Shown: positions 26,874 to 36,485 of the stretch, in pieces | How positions within the stretch are numbered: position 1 is the first letter of the stretch | Layout of the letters: every line of letters starts with the position of its first letter | From: a virus | Virus record (IMG/VR): IMGVR_UViG_3300025093_000015 | Coordinates: 23,711-87,710 of that record | Reading direction: 5' to 3' (one strand) | Length of the DNA: 64,000 bases | Notes under the pieces: generated by a model | The model's database searches: none | What the model was told of the DNA's origin: nothing | Seen by the model: the letters and a program-made list of their open reading frames with translations, nothing else | Translations under genes and position numbers: made by a program

Positions 26874-28160
26874 ATGGCTGAAACAAAAACAGTAGAAACC
26901 AAAGTAGAAAAGGTAGAGGTAAACCTTGATGAAATTTTTAACGGAGCTCCAGGTGCGGAGTCAATAACATTACCGGAAGAAGAATCAAAAAAACCTAACG
27001 TATTTAGTAGAAAAAAAGATGTTGACATGTCATTTATTGACAAACCAGTAGCTGAAGAAACTAAAGAAGAAGAAAAACCAGAAGCTACAGAAGAAACGTC
27101 TGAAGTAGTTGAGGAGAAAAAAGAAAAGAAAGAAACTGTTACTCCTGATCAGATTGATGAAATCTTAGGAGATAATCAAGAAGAAGAAGAAGTAACAGCA
27201 GAAACTGAAACAAAGAAGAGAGGTAGAAAACCAATCAGCGGAGTTTCAGATGTCTTCAAAAAGTTAATTGATGAAGAAAAACTTTTAGCTTTTGATGACG
27301 GAAAGGAGTTAGAAGACTATACTGCAAAAGATTGGCAAGAGCTTATTCAGGCTAATTTAGATGAAAGAGCAAATGCAGTAAGAAGAGAAACTCCAAAACA
27401 GTTCTTTGACAGTTTACCACAGGAACTTCAAATTGCAGCAAGATATGTTGCAGATGGAGGTACTGATCTTAAAGGAATATTTAAAGCATTATCAGTTGTT
27501 GAAGAAACAAGAGATCTCAATGTAAAAGAAGTGAAAGATCAGAAGCACATAATTAGAGAATATTTATCTGCAACTGGTTACGGAACACAAGAAGAAATTG
27601 ATGAAGAGATTGAAGTATGGTCTGATTTAGGAAAACTAGAGCAACAAGCCATGAAGTTTAAACCTAAATTAGATAAAATGCAAGAGCAAGTTGTTGCTAG
27701 AAAACTTCAAGAACAAGACATGAAGAAAAAACAACAACAACAAGCTTCTCAAAACTATATGCAAAATGTATATAACACACTTAAAGATGGTAAAGTAGGT
27801 GATATTAAAGTAGATAAGAAAGTTCAATCCTTCTTATATAATGGTTTAGTTAATCCAGCTTATCCTTCAATTAGTGGACAAAATACAAACTTGTTAGGTC
27901 ATTTGTTAGAAAAGTATCAGTTTGTTGAACCAAACTATAGTATTGTAACTGAAGCATTATGGTTGCTTGCTGATCCAAAAGGATACAAAGCTAACATTAT
28001 GAAAATAGGTGAAAATAAAGCTGTTGAAAAAACAGTTAGAAAACTTAAAACAGCACAAAGTAATAGAGCAAATGCTGCAGCTGTACAAGAAGAAACACCT
28101 CAAAAAAGACAAACAAGAAAATTACCAAGAGGTAATAAAAATATTTTTAAAAGAATTTAA
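26874..28160 (+). CDS. putative scaffolding protein
   Basis: Very acidic N-terminal half; located between portal and MCP. Confidence 0.65.
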   Translation: MAETKTVETKVEKVEVNLDEIFNGAPGAESITLPEEESKKPNVFSRKKDVDMSFIDKPVAEETKEEEKPEATEETSEVVEEKKEKKETVTPDQIDEILGDNQEEEEVTAETETKKRGRKPISGVSDVFKKLIDEEKLLAFDDGKELEDYTAKDWQELIQANLDERANAVRRETPKQFFDSLPQELQIAARYVADGGTDLKGIFKALSVVEETRDLNVKEVKDQKHIIREYLSATGYGTQEEIDEEIEVWSDLGKLEQQAMKFKPKLDKMQEQVVARKLQEQDMKKKQQQQASQNYMQNVYNTLKDGKVGDIKVDKKVQSFLYNGLVNPAYPSISGQNTNLLGHLLEKYQFVEPNYSIVTEALWLLADPKGYKANIMKIGENKAVEKTVRKLKTAQSNRANAAAVQEETPQKRQTRKLPRGNKNIFKRI

Positions 28161-28201
28161 CAATAAACAATTAATTATTAACTAAACTAAATTTTTAAAT
28201 C

Positions 28202-28585
28202 ATGGCAAAAAATCCAAAAATTCATACGGTTACCTGTAAATATGTCTTTGCAGACGATGGTGCTGGTTCAACTTCAGCAACTACAGCATTAGCAGATACA
28301 GGTTTCATTCCAAAAGGTGCACAAATACTACGTGTTGGTGCTTTTTGTAAAACAGCATTAGCAGGATCAGGTGGTGGTCTTGAGCTTTATGCAGAAGGTA
28401 CAGATGGTACTGATTCTGTAAAAGTTGCAACATTTGCAGGTGGTACATTTGCAGCGAATGGTGATGCAGAAACATCAACAGTTACAGGTGCAATTATAAC
28501 AGAAGAATCTGATTTTGCAATTAAGATGGTAACTGCGGTAGCATCAGCAGGAGATATAACTTTTGTAATAGAATACATAAACTAA
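28202..28585 (+). CDS. small virion (head decoration-like) protein
   Basis: A/G/T-rich beta protein with IPKGAQILRV; immediately before MCP. Confidence 0.5.
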   Translation: MAKNPKIHTVTCKYVFADDGAGSTSATTALADTGFIPKGAQILRVGAFCKTALAGSGGGLELYAEGTDGTDSVKVATFAGGTFAANGDAETSTVTGAIITEESDFAIKMVTAVASAGDITFVIEYIN

Positions 28586-28620
28586 TTAAATTAATATTAA
28601 CTTTAAAACAATAATCAATT

Positions 28621-30255
28621 ATGGCAACTCCAGTATTAAATAATGGGATTTTCCTAAGAGATACAAACTACAAAGCTAGTTCTCATGTTGATTCTTACCA
28701 CTTAACAGCAATGTTAGGATCTGCAGAACCTATGGATATGGGTCCTGTTGATTTGTGGGCAATGACACAAAAGGTTGAAATGCCTTTGTATCAGTTAGCT
28801 TCATTTGGTGGACAGAATACAATTATGGTTGACAATGCACGTGGTGAGTATAAATGGCAAACTCCTATTGCACAAGACCTTCCTTACTCTCTAGGTAAAA
28901 TTGACGGTGTCACTGACGCTGATGGAACAGTTAGAGGTATAGATGGTAAAACTTTTAAAATTCTTTTAAGTAAGAGAGCATTTGGTCACGGTGATATTAT
29001 TACTTATGACAAGTACAATGGTAAAGAACTTTACGTTACTGCGGATGATATTCTTCCTTCAGGTGACGGATTTGTTTATACTGTACAACTTGTAAACAAT
29101 GATAACACTGCTGGTCTAGCTGACAAATACCTTAAGTCAGGAACTAAATTCTTTAGAAAAGGTTCTGCAAGAGGTGAGTACGGTGAAAGATTTTCAGATA
29201 TTCAAACAGGAACTGGTTTCAGAGAATTCTACAACTTTGTAGGAGGAGCTGAAGCACACGTTCACTATTCAGTTTCTTCAAGAGCAGACTTAATGCTTAA
29301 AGGAGGAATGAATGCTGACGGTTCTATTCCTGTAACTGAGATTTGGAGAACATTTGACCAAGACGTTGATCCTTCTGTATCTTCTTTAGAGAGCATGGTA
29401 GAGATCATGGGTGCTGATTACGTGAAGAGAGCATTTGATAATGGTTCATTATCTAGAACTTTCTTAACTAACTTAGAAGCAGCACACCTTAACAAAATTG
29501 CTAGTGACATTGAAACTTACTTAATGTGGGGTCACGGTGGTAGAGTTAGACAAGACGGTCCAGATGACATCAGAATGTCAGTTGGTCTTTGGAAGCAATT
29601 AGACAACTCTTACAAGAGAATCTATAACAAGTCTTCTTTCAGCTTAGATATGTTTAAAACTGAGCTTTACAACTTCTACCAAGGTAAAGTTGAATTAGAA
29701 GGACCAGATCCACAAAGAACATTAATTGTTCAGACTGGTATTGGTGGTATGAAGCTTGTTAATGATGCAATTGCTAAAGAAGCTGCAGGTCTAGGAACTG
29801 CTTATGTAACTAATACTGATCAAATTGGTATGGTAACTGGTAGTGGAATGGACTTAGGTTTTGGATATGCATTCACTTCTTATGTAATTCCTTTCTTGGC
29901 AAACGTAAGATTTGTATTGAATCCTGCATTTGATAACCTACATACTAATGACATTGAGAATCCACTTATTGATGGAAGACCATTAAGCTCATACAGCTTT
30001 ATTATCTTTGACATCACTGAGTCTGGTAATGACAATATTCACTTATTGAAATTATCTTGGGATAATGCATTAAAATGGTTCTACCAAAATGGTACTATGG
30101 ACTATATGGGAAGAACTCAAGGTTTTGCATCATCAGGTAACTTTAATGGATACCGTGTAATGATGACACAAACTATGCCTTCAGTATGGGTAAAAGACCC
30201 AACTAAGGTTCTTAAAATTGTAATGAAGAATCCAATAACAGGAGGATCATTCTAA
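28621..30255 (+). CDS. major capsid protein
   Basis: 544 aa; strongly biased codon usage; canonical position after portal and scaffold; followed by a terminator. Confidence 0.8.
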   Translation: MATPVLNNGIFLRDTNYKASSHVDSYHLTAMLGSAEPMDMGPVDLWAMTQKVEMPLYQLASFGGQNTIMVDNARGEYKWQTPIAQDLPYSLGKIDGVTDADGTVRGIDGKTFKILLSKRAFGHGDIITYDKYNGKELYVTADDILPSGDGFVYTVQLVNNDNTAGLADKYLKSGTKFFRKGSARGEYGERFSDIQTGTGFREFYNFVGGAEAHVHYSVSSRADLMLKGGMNADGSIPVTEIWRTFDQDVDPSVSSLESMVEIMGADYVKRAFDNGSLSRTFLTNLEAAHLNKIASDIETYLMWGHGGRVRQDGPDDIRMSVGLWKQLDNSYKRIYNKSSFSLDMFKTELYNFYQGKVELEGPDPQRTLIVQTGIGGMKLVNDAIAKEAAGLGTAYVTNTDQIGMVTGSGMDLGFGYAFTSYVIPFLANVRFVLNPAFDNLHTNDIENPLIDGRPLSSYSFIIFDITESGNDNIHLLKLSWDNALKWFYQNGTMDYMGRTQGFASSGNFNGYRVMMTQTMPSVWVKDPTKVLKIVMKNPITGGSF

Positions 30256-30270
30256 TATTTATTTTGATAA

Positions 30271-30309
30271 TGGGGAGGGTAATTAAACTCTCCCCAATAT
30301 CTTTTTTTT
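30271..30309 (+). terminator. intrinsic terminator after MCP
   Basis: G-rich arm/ACTCTCCCC stem followed by a T run. Confidence 0.65.
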
Positions 30310-30337
30310 AAACTATAAACCAATAATTAATTTAAAG

Positions 30338-31414
30338 ATGGCTAAAAAACAAAACATTAAACCAACAGAACAAGTAATAGAGAATACTACAACACCAGTA
30401 GAACCTATTACTGAAATAACAATGATTGAAAAATATCAAGAAGGTAAAAATCAATCAATTGCAATACGTACTTTTTTTGATGGATCCAATGAAAATATGG
30501 GTCTTGAAAATTATGGTATGTCACTTTTTGAAGGTGTAGTTCATGAAGAAGAATTATCATGTCTTGAAATCAATGGTATTAAAAGATATGTTACAGGCTT
30601 AAATGAATTTGCTCCTGAAATAAAGAAACTACCTCCTCAAAAGAGAGTAGCAAAAATAAATGAAATTAGAAAGGCTGTTGCAGTACTTGAAAGAGATCTT
30701 GCAGCTAATATAATTGATCCAGAAGATCCAGAGTTTTGGAATAAAGTAAAATTACTTAGACATGATAATCATGAATTCTGGGGAAAAATTAGCATTAGAG
30801 TAGGTAATGATCCAATTTATTTAGATCCTTCAACAGATCCTTATGATCTAATAAAATTATATGCAATTGAAGCAGGTGGCTTTTCTATTGTTGCACCAAA
30901 TTTAAAAACAGCAAAAGGAACACCAGGTTGTAAATTTTATTTAGATAAACTAGAAGATACTGTTGGTACAAGAACAGAATTATCTAAATTAAGAAATAGA
31001 GCTTTAGCAGCACTAACAACTATGTTTGATTCAGAAAATAAAAAATTATTTTATGTTGCAAAAGTTTGTGATGCTAATAGTACACAATATAATAATTCAA
31101 CTGCGCATGATGTAATCTATGAAAATATGGATGCATTTATTCATGGTGATGGTCATGATAGAAATCAAAGAAGAGCAGCACAAATGTTCTTAGATACTTC
31201 AAGACTTTCTATGGAAGATTTAAAGTTGAAAGCTATTATTAAAGATGCTAGTGCATATGGTGTTATTACAAATAAAGCAGATGGATGGATTTATTTAGGA
31301 AGTGTTAAGCTTGGTAAATCATCTGATTCATGTGTTGAGTTTTTAAAGAACCCGTTAAATGAAGAACATTTAGCATCTATTCAAAGTCAAGTTGAATATT
31401 ACTGGACAATGTAA
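30338..31414 (+). CDS. conserved crAss-like virion/assembly protein (post-MCP gene)
   Basis: RYVTGL..FW...LD...P.D pattern; synteny. Confidence 0.55.
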   Translation: MAKKQNIKPTEQVIENTTTPVEPITEITMIEKYQEGKNQSIAIRTFFDGSNENMGLENYGMSLFEGVVHEEELSCLEINGIKRYVTGLNEFAPEIKKLPPQKRVAKINEIRKAVAVLERDLAANIIDPEDPEFWNKVKLLRHDNHEFWGKISIRVGNDPIYLDPSTDPYDLIKLYAIEAGGFSIVAPNLKTAKGTPGCKFYLDKLEDTVGTRTELSKLRNRALAALTTMFDSENKKLFYVAKVCDANSTQYNNSTAHDVIYENMDAFIHGDGHDRNQRRAAQMFLDTSRLSMEDLKLKAIIKDASAYGVITNKADGWIYLGSVKLGKSSDSCVEFLKNPLNEEHLASIQSQVEYYWTM

Positions 31415-31416
31415 TT

Positions 31417-32154
31417 ATGAATAATACTACACTACAATTAAAATTTAGACAAAGGCTTAATAAAATAGCTAGTAATGACTATGATAACATAGAGTGCTGG
31501 CAGATTGTTGAGGCATTTAATAAAGCACAAGTTGAATGGTGTAGAAGACAATTACATGGTAATAATATGTATAAAGAAGGAGATGAGATGTCTAAAAGAA
31601 GAATTGATGATCTCCAACCTTTATTAAGAGATATTAGTTTTGCATTTGTTAATCAACCTACATATATACAGTCTACATCTTTTCCTGATGATTATTTTGA
31701 ATACAAAAGAATGACAGTTGAAGCTATCTCAGAATGCTGTCCTGCAGAGAAAATTAAAACTGCTTCTGGTTTAAGATCAAAAGGAAGAGATATGACGGTA
31801 TATCTTTCAGAAGAAGCTAATGTAGATCTTATAATGAGAGATCCTCTTAAAAGACCTGATTTTGAATGGGGAGAAACATATTGTACTATACAAGGTAATA
31901 GGTTAAGAGTATACAAAAGAGATTTTGATATTATTAATCCTACTTTAACATATTATAGACAACCTAGAAATATTCAAATAGAAGGTTGTGTTGATCCATA
32001 TACATTAGTGCAATCACCTGTAGATGTTGAATGTGAATTTAAAGATGATGTTGTTGAATTAATTATTGATGAAGCAGTATCAGTAATTGCAGGTGATATA
32101 AATGATATAAATCAATATGTTAGAGGTTCAGCAAGTGCAGAAAAAAATAATTAA
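31417..32154 (+). CDS. tail ring/head-tail adaptor protein
   Basis: LNKIASN...FNKAQ...RIDDLQ.L...YYRQP...CEF...IIDEAV; crAss-like ring protein pattern. Confidence 0.6.
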   Translation: MNNTTLQLKFRQRLNKIASNDYDNIECWQIVEAFNKAQVEWCRRQLHGNNMYKEGDEMSKRRIDDLQPLLRDISFAFVNQPTYIQSTSFPDDYFEYKRMTVEAISECCPAEKIKTASGLRSKGRDMTVYLSEEANVDLIMRDPLKRPDFEWGETYCTIQGNRLRVYKRDFDIINPTLTYYRQPRNIQIEGCVDPYTLVQSPVDVECEFKDDVVELIIDEAVSVIAGDINDINQYVRGSASAEKNN

Positions 32155-32250
32155 TATATGAGGTAAATACATTTTTATTTTGTATATTATTAATGTATCA
32201 CTATGATACAACTATATATCAATATTTATTAACTTTTAAAAAAAGAAATT

Positions 32251-33618
32251 ATGGCTTATTTTAATCATGCGTTTTGCAAAGCTTTCTTAGCAAAGACGCA
32301 CAACCAAGATACTACTAAAGCATCTCAGGATTTAACTACTGGGAATGTAGCTCTTCTTGGTGCAGACTACAAAGTTCTTGACGCTGCTGGCGTTGCAGGA
32401 ACAAATGGCGGTATTTATATTGCTACTGGTTCTTTTATGGCTAATGACAAGATTGGAAACAATCCTGGTCATGGTGGATATAAAGAGTCAATTAAATCAA
32501 AAATGATTCTAAAGAAATATATCTCTGATATGTGGATTTCAGAATGTAATGATGAAACTGCAGCTACTGCTGAAATTATTATCAAACCTACTGCAGCAAA
32601 TAAATCTTGCTTCCCATGTGGTTCTGATCCAATTTTTAGAGTAGATATTAAAGGTACTGCAGCATTAAGATTATTGAATCACAATGCTTATGCTTCTTTA
32701 TCTGGATCACTTCCAATGTTACAAGATGGTCAAAAAAATGCAGGTGGTACTGCACTAACACATCCAGCTAATGGTGTAGACATGTGTTGTGTTGAGCAAT
32801 CTACTAGTAAATCAGGTATTGCTCCATCTATTGTTGCTGCTAACTTAAGAGATCAATTTAATAATGATCCAATCTTAAAGAATTTTGGTACAGCTAAATT
32901 AACACAATCTGTGGGTGGTGCTGCTTATGCTGATCCAACTCTTGCGCAAGAAAATGCAATTTATGCAGGTGGTGCAGCTGGTATTAATGGTGATGGTACT
33001 TGGTTAGTAGATACACTATACAAAGTTACTATTACACTTAAAACTAGTTGTGAATTACAAACTCAATTCTCTTCTTGTTCATTTGATACTAGAGATTTCT
33101 ATTTAATGGGAGGTCTTAAAGCATCTATTGATTTACAAGATGAAGTAGGTAATCCATGTGTTGCTTGTCAAGGATATGTTATTGAGTCTGAAACTGAATT
33201 TAAGCAAAGAAGAACTTCAGCTGAAACTGCTGCAAGAGATATTCTTTTAACTGAAGGATACAGACAATCTCCTTACAACCAAGGAAACAAAGACTCTGCA
33301 AGATTTAGAGAAATTGAGCAAATGTCTGGTATTGTTGATGAGGTAGGTAGAGATGCTACTGCTACTCCATGTACAGGTAAATACAGAGTATATCACTTAG
33401 TACACAATGTTCCAAGATTTAACAACCCATCTGGAGTATTTGATAATGATCAGTATGTATACAGATTATATGTTCCATGTACTGGTGCTTCTGCAGCAAC
33501 TACATCATTAGATGCTGACTGGTTAGCATTAGCACAAGATGCAAATGTACAGAAGTTTGATGGTTCAGGACCTGTAACATCTGTAGCAGATCTAGTTAAA
33601 AAAGGTGGTGACATTTAA
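32251..33618 (+). CDS. abundant structural protein (auxiliary capsid-like)
   Basis: MAYFNHAF start; HNVPRFNNPSGVFDNDQY; own promoter and terminator; biased codons. Confidence 0.55.
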   Translation: MAYFNHAFCKAFLAKTHNQDTTKASQDLTTGNVALLGADYKVLDAAGVAGTNGGIYIATGSFMANDKIGNNPGHGGYKESIKSKMILKKYISDMWISECNDETAATAEIIIKPTAANKSCFPCGSDPIFRVDIKGTAALRLLNHNAYASLSGSLPMLQDGQKNAGGTALTHPANGVDMCCVEQSTSKSGIAPSIVAANLRDQFNNDPILKNFGTAKLTQSVGGAAYADPTLAQENAIYAGGAAGINGDGTWLVDTLYKVTITLKTSCELQTQFSSCSFDTRDFYLMGGLKASIDLQDEVGNPCVACQGYVIESETEFKQRRTSAETAARDILLTEGYRQSPYNQGNKDSARFREIEQMSGIVDEVGRDATATPCTGKYRVYHLVHNVPRFNNPSGVFDNDQYVYRLYVPCTGASAATTSLDADWLALAQDANVQKFDGSGPVTSVADLVKKGGDI

Positions 33619-33644
33619 TAGTTAACACTATATATACACAATTA

Positions 33645-33680
33645 AAGGAGGGGTGGATTAAATTCTACCCCTTTTTTATT
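33645..33680 (+). terminator. intrinsic terminator
   Basis: AGGGGTGGA-TTAAAT-TCTACCCCT followed by a T run. Confidence 0.7.
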
Positions 33681-33743
33681 TCATTTAGTGTATAAAATTT
33701 TGTATATTATTATTGAGTATTGTATATAATAAATTGAAAACTT

Positions 33744-34322
33744 ATGGCAGCTAAACATATTTTAAGTCTAGATATACCAGCAAGTTCTAATTGTGAAATA
33801 CTTCCTATTGTTGATACAAGTGATTATACAAGCAATTTAGGTGTAAGTTGTCCTGAGCTATCAATAACTGCTCCTGGATATAATAATCCTAAAATTATTG
33901 AGACAGTTGTATCTAAAAATAATGATGGAGAATGGGAAGGTTTTGGAAGATTGAATTTAACAGCGTGTGCATTGGGACTACAAACTTCTAGTTGTTCTTC
34001 TAGTAGAGCAACAATTCCAGATGGTATCTATATTATAAAATATAGTGTTTCTCCTAATGATAAAGTATATGTAGAATATAATCATTTAAGAGTAACAGAG
34101 CTATTATCTACTTACTATAAAAAATTATGTGAGTTAGATGTTAAACCTTGTGAACCAAGTTCAGAGTTTCAAAAAGTTATGGCAGAAATGAAATATATAC
34201 GTACATTAATAGATGCAGCTGTAGCTAAAGTAGAATACTGTCAAAGTCCAAATGAAGGGTTAGAGCTTTATAATTTTGCTAAAACAAAATTAAAGAAGAT
34301 TACCTGTGAGATATGCTGTTAA
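33744..34322 (+). CDS. putative tail hub/structural protein
   Basis: IPDGIYIIKYSV.P motif; structural module. Confidence 0.55.
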   Translation: MAAKHILSLDIPASSNCEILPIVDTSDYTSNLGVSCPELSITAPGYNNPKIIETVVSKNNDGEWEGFGRLNLTACALGLQTSSCSSSRATIPDGIYIIKYSVSPNDKVYVEYNHLRVTELLSTYYKKLCELDVKPCEPSSEFQKVMAEMKYIRTLIDAAVAKVEYCQSPNEGLELYNFAKTKLKKITCEICC

Positions 34323-34340
34323 TATTTTAAAAACTCTGAT

Positions 34341-36395
34341 ATGTCTTGCAATAAAAAGAAAGATGAAGAAATCATAAAAAAGATAAATATTGAGCAAGCT
34401 TTTGCTGACTTAAAATTTAGAAAAATGAGAGAAGATAGATTTGGTTTATCTTCTTGTTGTAATTTAGATAAGTTAGATAAGTTATCTGCTCAAAAAGAAC
34501 TTTGTGATTGGGATGATAATAAAGTTCCTATATATCTAGATAAAAAATATAAAGATAAAGATGATGACTCAACTTATAAGTGGAACTTTGAAAGTACACC
34601 TATACCTGATTGGGTTTTAAAAGCTTGTACACCGTGTACAGAATATAGTAGTGTAGTTACAACTACAACTGCTTCTATGACACTTACACTTACATCAACT
34701 GTTATAAGCTCTTCATCTGATTATATACCTGGTACAACAAAAGTATATGCTTTAGCTAAATATGATGGAACAGCTGCTAGTACATATTTTACTATAGGTT
34801 ATGGAGTTTTACCTGGTTCAGGAAATTTTTCACTAACTATTTATGGTAATACAAATACTGTAGATCCTAAAAATGGAGCAGATAATTCTGAAGTTTTAAA
34901 AATCATTATTGATGTAAATGGTGATGGTTCAGTAATTAAATCTGTAGATTATTCTGCTGTTGGATGGACTAATCAACTATATACAACTAGTGCAACTATA
35001 GAACCATCAGCAGCTGGCACAATAACTACAGAATGTACATATGGTATAGCTACAGATTGTACTTTTTGTGGAGAAGCTAGAAAGAATGATCCAGACATGT
35101 ATTTCTTTTATGATACTACATCACTAGGACGTCAAGAAGTAATAGATACACATAGTGTTGTTGAAACATGGATAACTGGTTTAAGAGATTTAGGTGCGTT
35201 TAATGGTAAAGTATATCACACATCTGTATTAGGTGAAAGATGGTTAGATTGGGCTGTTGTACCTTTTACTGGACAATTTAATAATGCAGGCTATTGTGGC
35301 GGATCTTATTCTCCAGGTGTAGGACAACCAGGTGTTATAGGACCACAAAATCCTACTTGGGGTAACAACCCTCCTACAGGAGGATATGTAGATGCAGTAA
35401 CTCCTCCAACATCTAATACAAATACAATAGAATGGGGTGTACTAGATTATTTTATTAATGTAAAAGAAATAGATTGGTTTAATGGTGGTAATACAACATC
35501 AACTGTTACATATACAGGAACAGGAGCATCAGGAGATAGTGTAACAAGTCCTGGCCCACCACCTATAGCATCAAGTAAAAGAATATTAGTTGTTGTATTT
35601 GCTGATGAAGCTACATCTCCACAACCTTATCCACAACCTTATCATGTAAATGCAAATACAGTTGCACCAACTTGGACTAATGCTACAGGTGGAACAAATG
35701 GAATTCAAGCAGTACCTACACCATGTTGGAGTGCTGATTATAATGAATTTGTAACTCAACATAATAAATTTTTAAATCAAGGATCAGATTATGAAGCAAA
35801 TTATTTTATATATCCTGCATATCCAAAAAGTGTAGCAGATGCTCATAAATCATTTCCTTTACATGTTGTTGGTGCAATTGATTCTGGTATAAATAATACA
35901 GGTATATTAGCAAGTGCTCCAGCTAACGGTATAGTTTCTTTAGCACAAACTACTAGTGGTACTAATCCATATGTTCAATATAATGTTGGTAGATTAGATC
36001 AATATAATTGGGGTTATAATGTATCTCAACCACCTACAGGATTTACACAAGTTGATTTTGAAACTAATCTTGAAGCATTTTGGGACCCAGGTGATGAAGA
36101 ATGCGTAGGTGATGTAGAGTGTTTAGTAATATATGTAAAAGATACTGAGGGTAATCCAATTGAGTGTTATCCAATTTATATAGATAATAAAGAAGTAGGT
36201 GTAACAGATGAGGATGGTTATTTTACACATAGCATACCTAATGCTAGTGTTGATAAAAAACATTCAATAGATCTATGTCATTGTTTTGATACAACAGGTG
36301 GTTGTAGTCAGCAAAGAATAGATATTACTGTAACACCACAAGAAACAAAAATAAAGTGTACAAAGCAGACAATTGATTGTACACCTGAAGAATAA
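34341..36395 (+). CDS. Cys-rich structural protein with degenerate vWA-like domain
   Basis: DMYFFYDTTS...ERWL...VVVFADEA. Confidence 0.55.
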   Translation: MSCNKKKDEEIIKKINIEQAFADLKFRKMREDRFGLSSCCNLDKLDKLSAQKELCDWDDNKVPIYLDKKYKDKDDDSTYKWNFESTPIPDWVLKACTPCTEYSSVVTTTTASMTLTLTSTVISSSSDYIPGTTKVYALAKYDGTAASTYFTIGYGVLPGSGNFSLTIYGNTNTVDPKNGADNSEVLKIIIDVNGDGSVIKSVDYSAVGWTNQLYTTSATIEPSAAGTITTECTYGIATDCTFCGEARKNDPDMYFFYDTTSLGRQEVIDTHSVVETWITGLRDLGAFNGKVYHTSVLGERWLDWAVVPFTGQFNNAGYCGGSYSPGVGQPGVIGPQNPTWGNNPPTGGYVDAVTPPTSNTNTIEWGVLDYFINVKEIDWFNGGNTTSTVTYTGTGASGDSVTSPGPPPIASSKRILVVVFADEATSPQPYPQPYHVNANTVAPTWTNATGGTNGIQAVPTPCWSADYNEFVTQHNKFLNQGSDYEANYFIYPAYPKSVADAHKSFPLHVVGAIDSGINNTGILASAPANGIVSLAQTTSGTNPYVQYNVGRLDQYNWGYNVSQPPTGFTQVDFETNLEAFWDPGDEECVGDVECLVIYVKDTEGNPIECYPIYIDNKEVGVTDEDGYFTHSIPNASVDKKHSIDLCHCFDTTGGCSQQRIDITVTPQETKIKCTKQTIDCTPEE

Positions 36396-36485
36396 TAATA
36401 ATAAGACAACTTGGTTGTTTATTAAAATTTGTGTATATTATAATGTATACATGTAATAATTTACAGCTACAAAAACAATATATTT

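Noticed and set aside
21725-30255. Introns or inteins in terL, portal or MCP
   Set aside because: The ORFs are continuous and of normal size, with no intein or homing-endonuclease motifs seen.
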